Source: Candidatus Kaftiobacterium secundum (GTDB taxonomy: Bacteria; Sysuimicrobiota; Sysuimicrobiia; Sysuimicrobiales; Kaftiobacteriaceae). Taken from it: 64,000 bases of DNA. Shown in pieces: positions 17,632 through 28,084 of the stretch. A program made the position numbers and the translations under genes. The notes under the pieces are model-generated. The model saw nothing but the letters and a program-made list of their open reading frames with translations. It was not told the origin of the DNA and made no database searches. Within the stretch, counting starts at the first letter, position 1; each line of letters begins with the position of its first letter. Location of the stretch: NCBI GenBank assembly GCA_031459765.1, contig JAVKHY010000005.1, positions 4,577 to 68,576 of the forward strand. The letters are read 5' to 3'.

Positions 17632-19930
17632 ATCCGCCGTTGTCGCCTCGCTCCGGGACCTGCTCGGCGGACGCCGGCTGGTCATCGTGAGCAATCGGGA
17701 GCCCTACGTCCACAGGCGGACGCCGGAGGGCATCGCCGTCGAGCGTCCCACCGGCGGGCTGGTCGCCGCCCTGGATCCCGTGCTGCAGGCCGCCGGCGGC
17801 ACGTGGGTGGCCTGGGGCAGCGGGGAGGCGGACTTCGAGGTGACCGACGGCGCCGGCCGCGTCCGCGTCCCCCCCGGCGGCGGGTCGTACACCCTGAGGC
17901 GGGTGGCGCTGCCAAAGACCGAGGTCGAAGGCTACTACTACGGCTACGCCAACCGGGCCCTGTGGCCGCTCTGCCACATGGCGCTGGCACACGCCCGCTT
18001 CCGTCGGCGGGCCTGGAAACTGTACCAGTCGGCGAACCGGCGATTTGCCGAGGCCGTCCTGGCCGAGGCGGAGGTTGACAGCGTCGTCTGGATCCACGAC
18101 TACCACCTGGCCCTCCTGCCCAGACTGATCCGCCTCCGCCGGCCGGACCAGCTGCTCATCCACTTCTGGCACATCCCCTGGCCGGCCTGGGACATCTTCC
18201 GGGCCTGCCCCCAGCGCACGGAGCTGCTGGAAGGGTTGCTGGCCAACGACCTCGTGGCGTTCCAGCACCCGCGTCACGTCGAGCACTTCCTGGAGTGCGT
18301 GGAGCGGGAACTCGGCGCCGGCGTGGACCGCGACGAGGGCGTGGTCGAGCACGGCGGAAGCGTGACCCGGGTGGAGGCCTTCCCCATCAGCGTGGACTTT
18401 GCCGCCCTCGACGGGCTGGCCCGGTCGCGCCGGGCCGAGCGCTGGATGGCCAGATTGCGCAGGCAACACCGCCTTGAGGGGAAGATCGTGGCCATCGGCG
18501 TGGACCGCCTGGACTACACGAAGGGGATTCCCGAACGGCTGCACGCCCTGGAGCGGCTGTTCCAGCGTTTTCCGCAGTATCGCGGGCGGCTGGTCTTCAT
18601 CCAGAAGTGCGCCCCCAGCCGCACCCGGATCAAGGCCTACCGCGACCTGCAGCGCCGGGTGGAGTCGGAAGTGGCCCGTCTGAACGCGACCTACGGCACC
18701 CCGGAGTGGCAGCCCGTGATCTATCTGCCCCGTCCGCTGCCTCCGGCCGGGATGGCGGCGCTGTACCGGCTCGCCGATCTCTGCGTGGTCAGCTCGCTCC
18801 AGGACGGGATGAACCTGGTCGCCAAGGAGTTCGTCGCCTGCCAGGTCGACGGGCGCGGGGTCCTCCTGTTGAGCGAGCTGGCCGGCGCCCGCGAGGAACT
18901 CTCCTGGGCGCTGCCCATCAACCCCTACGACGCCGGCGGCACGGCGGAGATGATGGCCCGCGCCGCGACGATGCCGGTCGAAGAACGCGCGGAGCGCATG
19001 GGCCACCTCCGGACCTTCGTCGCCGAGCACGACATCTACCGCTGGATGCACGACCACCTTCGGGCCGCCGCGCACCTGGCGGCGCGCGCCTCGACACGGT
19101 CGCTCCATGAGCGGGGCTACGAGGTGCGCGACCTCCTCCGCGGTCGCCCCGGGGTGGCGCTGCTGATCGATTTCGACGGCACGCTGGCCCCGATCGCTCC
19201 CGCCCCCGACCAGGTCGTGCTTCCGGAGGCGTCCCGCTCCGCCCTGGCGCATCTGGCGCGCCTTCCCGGCGTCCTCGTGGCCGTGGTCAGCGGGCGGTCG
19301 CTGGTGGACATCCGCCGGCGGGTGGGGGTGACGGGAATCGTCTATGCCGGGAACCACGGGCTGGAGATGGCCGGCGACGACTGGATCTGGACGCATCCGG
19401 AGGCGCGGTCGGCGCGCCAGCGGATCGGTGCGGTGTGCGCGCGCCTGCAGGAGCGGTTGCGGGCGGTCCCCGGCGTCATCGTCGAAGACAAGGGTCTCTC
19501 CGCCGCCGTCCACTACCGCCTGACCCCCCATCCCTACCTGGAGTCGGTCCGCCGGGCGGTGTACGAGGAGACGGTGCGCACGGACGGCGTCGCGGTCCGG
19601 GACGGCAAGAGGGTCTTCGAGCTGCGGCCCCGGATCGACTGGGACAAGGGCACGGCGGTGCGGTGGATCCTGCGCCGCGTCTTCGGCGAGCGCTGGCCCG
19701 AGGCGGTCGGCGTGATCTACATCGGCGACGACCGGACGGACGAGGACGCCTTCCTGGCCCTGCCTGCACCGGCGGTCACGGTGCGCGTCGGGCTGGCCCC
19801 CACGGCCACGGCGGCCCGCTACGCCCTGCGGGATGCCGGGGATGTGGCGCAGTTTCTGGAGCGGCTCATCGGCTGGCTGGACCCGGTGCCGGTGGGCCCG
19901 CCGGACGGCGTCGGCCGCTCAGGGGCCTAA
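17624..19930 (+). CDS. otsAB: Bifunctional trehalose-6-phosphate synthase / trehalose-6-phosphate phosphatase (OtsA-OtsB fusion)
   Basis: N-terminal GT20 trehalose-phosphate synthase motifs and a C-terminal HAD phosphatase (LLIDFDGTL, GDDRTDEDAF). Confidence 0.85.
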   Translation: MDRSAVVASLRDLLGGRRLVIVSNREPYVHRRTPEGIAVERPTGGLVAALDPVLQAAGGTWVAWGSGEADFEVTDGAGRVRVPPGGGSYTLRRVALPKTEVEGYYYGYANRALWPLCHMALAHARFRRRAWKLYQSANRRFAEAVLAEAEVDSVVWIHDYHLALLPRLIRLRRPDQLLIHFWHIPWPAWDIFRACPQRTELLEGLLANDLVAFQHPRHVEHFLECVERELGAGVDRDEGVVEHGGSVTRVEAFPISVDFAALDGLARSRRAERWMARLRRQHRLEGKIVAIGVDRLDYTKGIPERLHALERLFQRFPQYRGRLVFIQKCAPSRTRIKAYRDLQRRVESEVARLNATYGTPEWQPVIYLPRPLPPAGMAALYRLADLCVVSSLQDGMNLVAKEFVACQVDGRGVLLLSELAGAREELSWALPINPYDAGGTAEMMARAATMPVEERAERMGHLRTFVAEHDIYRWMHDHLRAAAHLAARASTRSLHERGYEVRDLLRGRPGVALLIDFDGTLAPIAPAPDQVVLPEASRSALAHLARLPGVLVAVVSGRSLVDIRRRVGVTGIVYAGNHGLEMAGDDWIWTHPEARSARQRIGAVCARLQERLRAVPGVIVEDKGLSAAVHYRLTPHPYLESVRRAVYEETVRTDGVAVRDGKRVFELRPRIDWDKGTAVRWILRRVFGERWPEAVGVIYIGDDRTDEDAFLALPAPAVTVRVGLAPTATAARYALRDAGDVAQFLERLIGWLDPVPVGPPDGVGRSGA

Positions 19931-21139
19931 GCCCTCGAGGTGCACGACCATCAGCGCCAGGTGCTCGGCCAGGTCGCGCGTGATGAGGAAGTTCTCCCGC
20001 ACGTATTCCCGGGCGTTCTCGCCCATCTGTTTGGCCAGGCCCGGGTTGTTGAGCAGGTGCCGGATGCGGAAGGCGCAGCCCTCCACGGAGTTCACCGTAT
20101 AGCCGGTCACGCCGTAGATGATCTGCACGGTGATCCCCCCGGCGAAGCCGCCGATCACCGGTTTGCCCTTCCACATCCCTTCCGCCACGGTCAGACCGAA
20201 GCCCTCCCGCGTAGATTTCTGGATGATGATGTCCGCGGCGCGCTGCAGGGCGTTGATCTCGTGGTGCGCGGTCGGCGGCAGCACCAGGATGTGGATGTCG
20301 GGATCGCCCGCGGCGGCCTCGCTGACCTCGGCCAGCACCTGCTCGCCTTCCGGGTCGTCGGTGGCGCCGCCGCCGGCGAGGATCAGCCGGCAGTCGTCGT
20401 ACTTCTTGACGATGCGGTAGGCGTTGATCACGCCCAACGGATCCTTGAAGCGGTCGAAGCGGCTGACCTGGAGCAGGATCGGTTTGTCCCGCGGAATGCC
20501 CAGCCGCGCCAGCACCGCGTCTACCTCCTCGGGCTCCAGGGGGCGGTTCTTCTCCGAGAGGGGGTCGATGCTGGGATAGATCAGGTACTGGGGGATGGGC
20601 AGCCGCTGGGCGAACTTGGGCAGGGAGAAGATCGCCGCATCGTAGCGCACCACGAACTGCCGCAGAAACGCCCAGGCCCGCCGCTGGGGATGGCTGACGT
20701 CGATGTGGCAGCGCCAGACCCACGGGCCGCGCTTGGGCGCCGTGGCGATGAGGGCGGCGGGCTGGGGGTCGTGGATGATCACCATGTCCGCGTCGAGGTT
20801 CAGCGCCCGGGCGTTGTCCCGGTTGGTGTCCAGGTAGGTCTGGAACATGGCGTCGGAAAAGGCCTGCTCGGCGCCCTGCAGCGCGTTGTGCAGGCTCTTC
20901 GTGACGCGGAAGAACTCCTCGCCGCCGCGGATCACCTCCCACCGGGAGGGCACGCCCAGCTCTTCGAAGAGGGGCAGGTAGCGGTGCAGCATCTCCGCCA
21001 CTCCCCCTCCCACCCGCGTCGAGTTGACGTGCACCAGAGACCGTCCCCGGACCCGCTCGGCCAGACGGTGGAGCAGGTCGATCGCCCCCTGGGGGGCGAC
21101 GGAGCGGTAGGCGTCGAGGGAGACGGTGGTCTTAAGCAT
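19919..21139 (-). CDS. treT: Trehalose glycosyltransferring synthase TreT (GT4)
   Basis: Strong full-length resemblance to archaeal/Thermus-type TreT (SLVHVNSTRVGGGVAEMLH, WRCHIDVS, VSRFDRFKDP, REGFGLTVAEGMWKGKPVIG). Confidence 0.8.
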   Translation of the reverse strand: MLKTTVSLDAYRSVAPQGAIDLLHRLAERVRGRSLVHVNSTRVGGGVAEMLHRYLPLFEELGVPSRWEVIRGGEEFFRVTKSLHNALQGAEQAFSDAMFQTYLDTNRDNARALNLDADMVIIHDPQPAALIATAPKRGPWVWRCHIDVSHPQRRAWAFLRQFVVRYDAAIFSLPKFAQRLPIPQYLIYPSIDPLSEKNRPLEPEEVDAVLARLGIPRDKPILLQVSRFDRFKDPLGVINAYRIVKKYDDCRLILAGGGATDDPEGEQVLAEVSEAAAGDPDIHILVLPPTAHHEINALQRAADIIIQKSTREGFGLTVAEGMWKGKPVIGGFAGGITVQIIYGVTGYTVNSVEGCAFRIRHLLNNPGLAKQMGENAREYVRENFLITRDLAEHLALMVVHLEGLGP

Positions 21140-21797
21140 GGTCCTCGTGGGCCAGGCGGGCGTCGCAGAGCGCGAGGAGCCGCGCCCGCAGCCCGTCCAG
21201 CCCGCTGATGTAGGGGTTGAGTTTGCGGATGCGTTCGGCCAGGTCGACCTCGCCCAGCTCTTCGGCCAGCCAGCGCACGGCCTCCCAGGTGCCCCGGCGG
21301 GCCTCGGCCCGGAAGAAGTGGTAGTAGATGGCGCTGAGGTCCACGCGGGCCAGCGCCTCCCGGAACTCCCGCAGCGTGGTGGCCCGGATCCCCGTGGGGA
21401 CGGCGATGAGCTGGGCCCGCATGAACTCGAAGGGCTCGCCGTACACGATCCGCGGCACCACCTGCAGGTCGGAGAGGTGATCGTCGATGATGGTGATCAG
21501 CTCGCCCCGCAGCGCCTCCACATCCTCGTAGTCAAAGGGGTCGACCACGGCCAGGCGCTCGCCCAGCACCCGGTCCCGCACCTGGATCGCCGCCCAGGTG
21601 GCGAAGTCGTTGCGGTAGGGCGCCGGGAGGTAGCGGCTGCGCAGAAACGCCGAGTGCGTATGGTAGAAGATGGACGCGGCGGGGACCTCTTCGATACCGT
21701 GGAGCAGCTCGCGCTCGTCCCAGGCGCTGCGGCCGAGCATCTCGCGCAGCTCCAGGCAGTCCACGAACTCGAAGGGTCGGGTCGCCGTCCGAGGCAT
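21132..21797 (-). CDS. Conserved hypothetical protein (possibly DUF5752-like) between GH57 and treT
   Basis: 221-aa ORF with coding-like composition, tightly packed between GH57 and treT. No catalytic motif recognised. Confidence 0.5.
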   Translation of the reverse strand: MPRTATRPFEFVDCLELREMLGRSAWDERELLHGIEEVPAASIFYHTHSAFLRSRYLPAPYRNDFATWAAIQVRDRVLGERLAVVDPFDYEDVEALRGELITIIDDHLSDLQVVPRIVYGEPFEFMRAQLIAVPTGIRATTLREFREALARVDLSAIYYHFFRAEARRGTWEAVRWLAEELGEVDLAERIRKLNPYISGLDGLRARLLALCDARLAHEDHA

Positions 21798-21823
21798 CTT
21801 CCGCTCCAGTGTCTACATTACAT

Positions 21824-24178
21824 CTATCCGAGTTTCTCCATCGCGAAGTGCAGCCGCTCGCCCAGGCGCACCAGCGCGCCGTCGCCGGCGGCCCGGGCCA
21901 GCCGGGAGAAGGCGTTCTGGGCCTCCCAGAGGTTCAGGGTCAGGCCCGCGGCCTCGGCGAAGTCGAGCACCTCCAGGGCGCGGGCCACGCGGTCGGCGAC
22001 GTGCCCGGCCCCGGCCAGAGCCTGCTCCAGCCGCCGTCGCAGCAGCGGCTCGAAGCGGTCGGCCCGGATCTCGCGTCCCCAGGAGCGCAGCTCGGCCAGC
22101 AGCTCGAAGACCCGGGGACGGAGCGGCACGGCGGCATCCCTGCTCAGTTCCTCCTCCAGGTCGCGGGTCAGGGCCACGACGGCGGCGGTGACCAGCGGGG
22201 CAGGCACGTCCACGCCGGCATCGCGCAGGTAGACCATCAGCGGTCGGTTGTCCCGGTACAGCCGGCGGTAGACGTCTTCCAGGTCCTGCAGGGTGCGTTC
22301 GGTCAGACGCTGCAGGACCGCGCGGCGATCTTCGAGGGGGAGATCCCTCAGCGAGAAGTAGTGCGGCCCGAAGGCCTGGTCAACGGCGCGGACCACCTCG
22401 CTGACCACGTCCTTCCCGGACCGCTCCACCAGCCGGTCCCGCACCGCCCTGTAGCGCGCCTCGTCCCAGTCCGGCGCCACGGCGCAGTGCACCTCGTGGC
22501 TGCCGAAGTGGACCAGGGCGTAGACGGTCTCGCGGTCCTCCTCCACCTCCGCGGCGCGCACGCGGACACGGCCGACCAGGAGCCGGTGCGAGGCCGCCGA
22601 GACGTCGGCCCGGTCGAGTTCCGTCACCGTGGTGGTGCCGGCCAGGCGGACGGAGGGAGCGCCGACCAGCGCGGTCATCGCGAAGCAGGCCGTGGCCTCG
22701 CGGGGGCCCACGACGCGGGGCCGCACCAGCCGCTCGTAGACCGCAGCACCGTCGGGGAAGGCGGCCAGGTTTCCGGGGGCCCGGCGCAGGTGGTCGAGGA
22801 AGCCGTCCTCCAGTTCGAGGCCGAAGGCCCGGGCGATCTCCATCGCCCGGGCGGCGTGGGAGAGGATCTGCACCGTCTCGGGGCCGCTGATGTCGTCGAA
22901 GAACCAGCCGTCGCTGCTCTGCATGAGGGCTCCGTGGCGCTGCATCGCCAGCAGCCGCAACGCCCTCGCGCGCCGCCCGGGGGACGCGTCCCGGGCGTGC
23001 CGGGCCAGGAAGGCCTCCACCGCTCCCGGTCCGGCGTCGATCAGATCCACGGCTTCGTCCCGCGCCGCCCAGACGTCGCGGAAGATCTCTTCCCCGTGGC
23101 GCGCGTAGGCGGCCTCAAGCTGCTCCGTCAGCCAGGCGATGCCCTCCCGCAGGGGCCCGCGCCAGCGCTGGTGCCAGCCCCGCCCGGTATTGCAGCCGCA
23201 GTCCGACCGCCACCGCTCGACGCCGTGGGCGCAGCTCCAGGAGGTGTTCTCGACGATTTCGACGTCGCAGGCGGGCGGATGCGCGGCGAGAAACGCCGCG
23301 GCGTTCACGATGCGCATCGCCCCGGCCGTGGCGATCCGGTGGAGGGCGTAGGCCAGGGCCATGTCGCCGAACCGGTGGTGATGGCCGTAGGTTTCCCCGT
23401 CCGCGGCGGCGACGACCAGGCGGGCCTGCTGGTCGTCCGGGGCGGCCGCCACCAGCCGGTCGGCGAATGCCGCCCCGTCGTGGAGCAGTCCTTCGAAGGC
23501 GACGGCATGGGAGACGGGAGCGTGATAGAAGAAGATGGCCACCGACCGTCCGCTGGGCAGGCGGCAGCGATAGGGAACCGTGACGTCCAGCGTCTCTGCC
23601 GTCACCTCGGTCCAGGCCCCTTCCGCCCGACGGATGCGGCGGGCCTGGTGGGGAGCCAGGAAGGTGAAGGCCACGCCGTGCGCGGCCAGGATCTCCAGCG
23701 TCGCGATGTCCACCGCGGTCTCCGGCAGCCACATCCCTTCCGGGCGGCGCCGGAACCGCCGTTCGAAGTCGCGGATCCCCCAGCGCACCTGTGTCACGCG
23801 GTCGCGCCCGGTAGCCAGCGGCATGATCAGGTGCGTGTAGACCTGCGCGACCGCGTTCCCATGCCCGTACTGCTCCCGTCTGCTGATCCGATCCGCCTCC
23901 AGGATCTGCTCGTAAACGGCCGGGGCGTGGCGCGCCAGCCAGCGCAGCAACGTCGGGCCGACGTCGTAGCTGATCCCGGCGAAGTTGTTGACGATGCGGG
24001 TGATCCGGCCGGCGTCGTCCAGCAGACGCGACGCGGCGTTGCGCGCGTAGCACTCCGCGGTGATGCGTTCGTTCCAGTCGTGATAGGGGGCGGCGGCCTC
24101 CGCCAGCTCCACCGTGTCCGTCCAGGGGTTCTCGCGGCTCGGCTGGTAGAAGTGGCCGTGGACGCACAGATGGCGCAT
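21824..24178 (-). CDS. GH57-family glycoside hydrolase with long C-terminal extension (DUF3536-like)
   Basis: N-terminal HGHFYQPSRENPW motif. The 784-aa protein lies in a glycogen gene context. Confidence 0.7.
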   Translation of the reverse strand: MRHLCVHGHFYQPSRENPWTDTVELAEAAAPYHDWNERITAECYARNAASRLLDDAGRITRIVNNFAGISYDVGPTLLRWLARHAPAVYEQILEADRISRREQYGHGNAVAQVYTHLIMPLATGRDRVTQVRWGIRDFERRFRRRPEGMWLPETAVDIATLEILAAHGVAFTFLAPHQARRIRRAEGAWTEVTAETLDVTVPYRCRLPSGRSVAIFFYHAPVSHAVAFEGLLHDGAAFADRLVAAAPDDQQARLVVAAADGETYGHHHRFGDMALAYALHRIATAGAMRIVNAAAFLAAHPPACDVEIVENTSWSCAHGVERWRSDCGCNTGRGWHQRWRGPLREGIAWLTEQLEAAYARHGEEIFRDVWAARDEAVDLIDAGPGAVEAFLARHARDASPGRRARALRLLAMQRHGALMQSSDGWFFDDISGPETVQILSHAARAMEIARAFGLELEDGFLDHLRRAPGNLAAFPDGAAVYERLVRPRVVGPREATACFAMTALVGAPSVRLAGTTTVTELDRADVSAASHRLLVGRVRVRAAEVEEDRETVYALVHFGSHEVHCAVAPDWDEARYRAVRDRLVERSGKDVVSEVVRAVDQAFGPHYFSLRDLPLEDRRAVLQRLTERTLQDLEDVYRRLYRDNRPLMVYLRDAGVDVPAPLVTAAVVALTRDLEEELSRDAAVPLRPRVFELLAELRSWGREIRADRFEPLLRRRLEQALAGAGHVADRVARALEVLDFAEAAGLTLNLWEAQNAFSRLARAAGDGALVRLGERLHFAMEKLG

Positions 24179-24183
24179 CCTAC

Positions 24184-25431
24184 CTATCGGGTCTGCCCGC
24201 GCGGGAGGACGACGAGTCCTGACGGATCGACGTGGTAGCGTAGGCGGTCGGCCTCCCGGTCCTCGCCGATCCGGGTGCCCGGCGGCACGACGTTGAAGCG
24301 GTCGACGATGACCCGACGGAGCACGGCCTCCTCGCCCACCACGGTGCGGTCCATGACCACGGACTCCTCGACCACCGCGCCCCGCATCACCCGCACCCCG
24401 CGGCCGAGGATCGACCGGCGCACCACGCCCCCGGCGATCAGGCTGCCCTCGCCGATCAGGGCGTCCCGGGCCTCGCCCTCCAGGATCCGCGCCGAGGGCC
24501 CGGGGTAGGGGGCGGTGAGGATCGGCCAGCGCCCGTTGTCCAGGTTCAGGGCGGGGGTGGGGCCGAGCAGATCCATGTGCGCCTGCCAGTAGGCTTCCAC
24601 CGTCCCCACATCCCGCCAGTACCCGCGCTCCTCGTAGGGCTGCACGCCCGGGACGATGTTCTCCAGGAAGTTGTAGGCGAAGACCCTGCGCTGCTGGGCC
24701 AGCTCGGGAATGATCGTCCGGCCGAAGTCGTGGTCGGTGCTGCGCCGCGCATCCTCCACCAGGGCCTCGACCAGGACATCGCGCTGGAAGAGGTAGTTTC
24801 CCATCGAGGCGTAGGCGCGCGTCGGATCGCCGGGCATGGGGGTCGGGGACGCCGGTTTCTCCTCGAAATGCGTGATCCGCCCATCCGCCTCCGCGGCGAC
24901 GACGCCGAAGGCGCCGGCCTGGGCCAGGGGCACGGGGAGCGCGGCCACGGTGACATCGGCGCCGCGATCCCGGTGGAAGGCGATCATCTGCGCGATGTCC
25001 ATCCGGTAGACGTGGTCCGCACCGAAGATGGCCACGATGTCGGGGGAGAAGTCCCGGATCAGGTTGAGGTTCTGGTACACCGCATCGGCCGTGCCCTGGT
25101 ACCAGCTCTCGCCCCAGCGCATCTGGGGGGGGACGACGATGACGAAGTGGTCCGGCAGGCCGCCCAGCCGCCAGGCGTTGCGCAGGTGCTCGATCAGCGA
25201 CTGGGCCTTGTACTGCACCAGGACGTACAGCGCGTAGATGCCCGAATTCACGAAGTTGGAGAGGACGAAGTCCACGATGCGGTACTTGCCGCCGAAGGGG
25301 ACCGCCGGTTTGCCGCGCTCCCGGGTCAGGGGGTAGAGTCGCTCCCCCTTGCCGCCGGCGAGGATGATGGCCAGGACGCGCGGGCGGTCCACGGGACGGC
25401 TAGGCGGCGAGTCCGAGCGTCGCCTGCACAT
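24184..25431 (-). CDS. glgC: Glucose-1-phosphate adenylyltransferase GlgC
   Basis: AIILAGGKGERLYPLT and PAVPFGGKYRIVDF signature motifs and a left-handed beta-helix C-terminus. An alternative GTG start near 25392 would remove the overlap with the upstream gene. Confidence 0.9.
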   Translation of the reverse strand: MCRRRSDSPPSRPVDRPRVLAIILAGGKGERLYPLTRERGKPAVPFGGKYRIVDFVLSNFVNSGIYALYVLVQYKAQSLIEHLRNAWRLGGLPDHFVIVVPPQMRWGESWYQGTADAVYQNLNLIRDFSPDIVAIFGADHVYRMDIAQMIAFHRDRGADVTVAALPVPLAQAGAFGVVAAEADGRITHFEEKPASPTPMPGDPTRAYASMGNYLFQRDVLVEALVEDARRSTDHDFGRTIIPELAQQRRVFAYNFLENIVPGVQPYEERGYWRDVGTVEAYWQAHMDLLGPTPALNLDNGRWPILTAPYPGPSARILEGEARDALIGEGSLIAGGVVRRSILGRGVRVMRGAVVEESVVMDRTVVGEEAVLRRVIVDRFNVVPPGTRIGEDREADRLRYHVDPSGLVVLPRGQTR

Positions 25432-27139
25432 GCCGGACGACGTCGGGGAAGATGAAGTTCTGGATTTCCCGGGCCGCCAGGAACTCCTCGTCGCCCGCCT
25501 CCAGGGTGACCCCGGCCAGGGCCCGGCGCAGCGCCTGCAGCAGGCGGGTCACGTTGGCGTAATGTTCGGCGAAGCGCGCCTCGGCATAGTCCCGCGCGGC
25601 CCAGGTGGTGATCAGGAACTGCCAGTCGGAGGCCTGCAACAGGAGCAGCTCCCTGGCGGTCTGCGCCAGAACCCGGCGCACGGCCGGGCGCGGATCGTGC
25701 GCCGCCTCCCGCGCCGCCGTCCAGAAGTCGTCCTCCACCGCGTAGATGCGCTCCCAGGTCCACTCCGTGTCGCGATTGAGCCAGACCCGGTGGTCGCCGC
25801 CTTCCCCCCAGGAGCCTTCCTGGAGGGAGAGGGCTTCGGTCGGCGGATACCGTTCCAGGAAGGCGGCGCAGTCGACCGGTTCGATCCCGCCGGCCCCCAG
25901 GCGGGTGAAGACTTCTTCCAGCCAGCGCGGTCCTTCAAACCACCAGTGGCCGAACAGCTCGGTGTCGTAGGGGCTGCAGGCGATGCCCGGCGTGCCCAGT
26001 CGCAGGGACTCGCTGCGCAGCACGTGGCCGAGCAGCCCGACGAAGTGCTCGGCGTGGGCCCGCAGGCGTTCCCGGGCCCGCTCCGGCTCGTAGGGGAGTT
26101 TGCTGCCGAGATCGCTGCGCGGCGAGGTGACGCGCCAGTAGCGCAGCCCTCCCGGGAAATGCTTCTTGTGGAACTCCATGTACCACTCGTCGCCGGGATA
26201 GCCGGCGTCCCGACTCCACACCTGCATCGTGGACTCCGGATCGCGCACGAAGGCCACAGCCTCCCCCCGCCCGCCGCGCGAGGCCACGACGTACGGCCGG
26301 TAGGGGCTGCGCTCGCCCGCCACGCCCGGCGGGGGGATTTCCGACAGGGTCCGCAGCGCGGGGTAGTAGTCGCGATAGGCCGAGAGCGGGCTCCCGCCGC
26401 GCGCCAGGTGCACGTCGGTGATGAAGAAGGTCAGCCCCAGGTCGGCCAGGAACTCCTCGATCCCCTTCCGCCGGACCCGCATCCGGCCCCGCAGGGGACC
26501 GACCGGCGGCGTCCACTCGTACCGCGGCCGGTAGGCGCACTCGGGCAGCCAGACGCCGGTGGGCGCATGGCCGAAGTGGCGCAGGTGCGTGGCCCTGGCC
26601 AGGCGCAGCTGCAGATCGATGGACTCCTCCCGCAGCAGCAGCGGGAGGTAGCCGTGGGTGGCGGCGCAGGTGATGAGACGGATGTGGCCGGCGTCGTGCA
26701 GCGCGCGGAAGGCGCCGACCAGGTCTCCGTTCAGCCCGTCGAACTGCTCGAGCCGCCGCCGGTAGAACCGCTCCCAGTTGCGGGCGCCTCCCAGCAACTC
26801 CTGCCGTCCCTGGCGCTCGAACTCGGCGGCGTTCTCCCGGGCGGCGGCGATCCGGGTGCGCAGGAACTCCTCGATCTCCCGCTTGAAGGCCGGGGCGGCG
26901 AACTGCTCCGCCAGCACCGGCGTGATGTTGATCGTGGCGTGAGGGGGAATTCCCGCGGCGGCCAGCCGCCCGAAGACGCCGAGCAGGGGGAGGTAGCAGC
27001 CCACGGTGACCTCGCTGAGCCAGTCGCTGCCGTGCGGCCACCGGCCGTGCCCCAGGACGAAGGGCAGATGGGTGTGCAACACCAGCGCAAAGTAGCCGAC
27101 CGGGGACTGGGCCATAGGAAATCCTCTACCTTCAAGCAT
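25400..27139 (-). CDS. GH57-type 1,4-alpha-glucan branching enzyme
   Basis: ALVLHTHLPFV GH57 branching-enzyme N-terminal motif. The 579-aa protein sits upstream of glgC. Confidence 0.7.
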   Translation of the reverse strand: MLEGRGFPMAQSPVGYFALVLHTHLPFVLGHGRWPHGSDWLSEVTVGCYLPLLGVFGRLAAAGIPPHATINITPVLAEQFAAPAFKREIEEFLRTRIAAARENAAEFERQGRQELLGGARNWERFYRRRLEQFDGLNGDLVGAFRALHDAGHIRLITCAATHGYLPLLLREESIDLQLRLARATHLRHFGHAPTGVWLPECAYRPRYEWTPPVGPLRGRMRVRRKGIEEFLADLGLTFFITDVHLARGGSPLSAYRDYYPALRTLSEIPPPGVAGERSPYRPYVVASRGGRGEAVAFVRDPESTMQVWSRDAGYPGDEWYMEFHKKHFPGGLRYWRVTSPRSDLGSKLPYEPERARERLRAHAEHFVGLLGHVLRSESLRLGTPGIACSPYDTELFGHWWFEGPRWLEEVFTRLGAGGIEPVDCAAFLERYPPTEALSLQEGSWGEGGDHRVWLNRDTEWTWERIYAVEDDFWTAAREAAHDPRPAVRRVLAQTARELLLLQASDWQFLITTWAARDYAEARFAEHYANVTRLLQALRRALAGVTLEAGDEEFLAAREIQNFIFPDVVRHVQATLGLAA

Positions 27140-27172
27140 ACACGAGCCAGCCCGGGCGCGCCCGGCGGCTCC

Positions 27173-28084
27173 CTAGCGGCGGAACCACTCCACGGTGCGG
27201 CGCAGCCCCTCGGGAAGGGACACTTCCGGGCTCCAGCCCAACCACTCGTCGGCCTGGCGGATGTCGAGGGCGATGCGGTAGACGTCCCCCGTGCGGGGCG
27301 GCGCGTAGGCCGGCGGCTCGCGGAAGCCCGTCGCCTCGGCCAGCAGGCGGTAGACGTCGTTCACCGTGGTCTCGACGCCGGTGGCGATGTTCGCCAGCCC
27401 CGGCTCCTCCGAGGCCGTGGCCAGGAGGTTGGCCCGGGCCACGTCCTCGACGTAGACGAAGTCCCGCGTCTGTGTGCCGTCGCCGAAGATCGTGGGCTGG
27501 TTGCCCGCCAGCATCGCGTTCGCGAAGATGGCCACCACGCCGGCCTCGCCGTGCGGATCCTGGCGGGGGCCGTAGACATTCGAGTAGCGCAGGATGGCCC
27601 ACGACAACCCCAGCCCCCCGAAGAAGCGCACATAGGCTTCGCCGGCCATCTTGCCGATTCCGTAGGGCGAGAGGGGCCGGGTCGGGTGGGACTCGTCGAC
27701 CGGAATCCGTTCCGGCTCGCCGTAGATCGCCCCGCCCGTGGAGGCGAAGATGAGCCGGCGCGTCCCGTACTCCCGGGCCAGTTCGAGGAGGTTGAGGGTC
27801 CCCATGATGTTCACATCGGCGTCATGGCTGGGGTGGGCGACCGAGCCCGGCACCGACGCCTGGGCGGCGTGATGGTTGACCACCTCGGGACGCTCCCGGG
27901 CGAAGATCTCGCGCAGCGCCGGGTCGCGGATGTCCATCTCGTAGAAGCGGGCCCGCGGGTTGAGAAACTCGCGCCGGCCGGTGACCAGACTGTCGACGAT
28001 CACCACGTCGTGGCCCTCGGCCACGTAGGCGTCGACGATGTGGGAGCCGATGAACCCGGCGCCGCCGGTGACCAGGATCTTCAC
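27173..28084 (-). CDS. galE: NAD-dependent epimerase/dehydratase (UDP-glucose 4-epimerase-like)
   Basis: VKILVTGGAGFIGSH Rossmann motif, a YxxxK active site (SPYGIGK) and about 303 aa. GTG start at 28084 overlaps the mscS stop. Confidence 0.8.
   Translation of the reverse strand: MKILVTGGAGFIGSHIVDAYVAEGHDVVIVDSLVTGRREFLNPRARFYEMDIRDPALREIFARERPEVVNHHAAQASVPGSVAHPSHDADVNIMGTLNLLELAREYGTRRLIFASTGGAIYGEPERIPVDESHPTRPLSPYGIGKMAGEAYVRFFGGLGLSWAILRYSNVYGPRQDPHGEAGVVAIFANAMLAGNQPTIFGDGTQTRDFVYVEDVARANLLATASEEPGLANIATGVETTVNDVYRLLAEATGFREPPAYAPPRTGDVYRIALDIRQADEWLGWSPEVSLPEGLRRTVEWFRR

Noticed and set aside
17552-19531. 659-aa minus-strand ORF antisense to otsAB
   Set aside because: Same reasoning. 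The plus-strand product has unmistakable GT20 and HAD phosphatase motifs.
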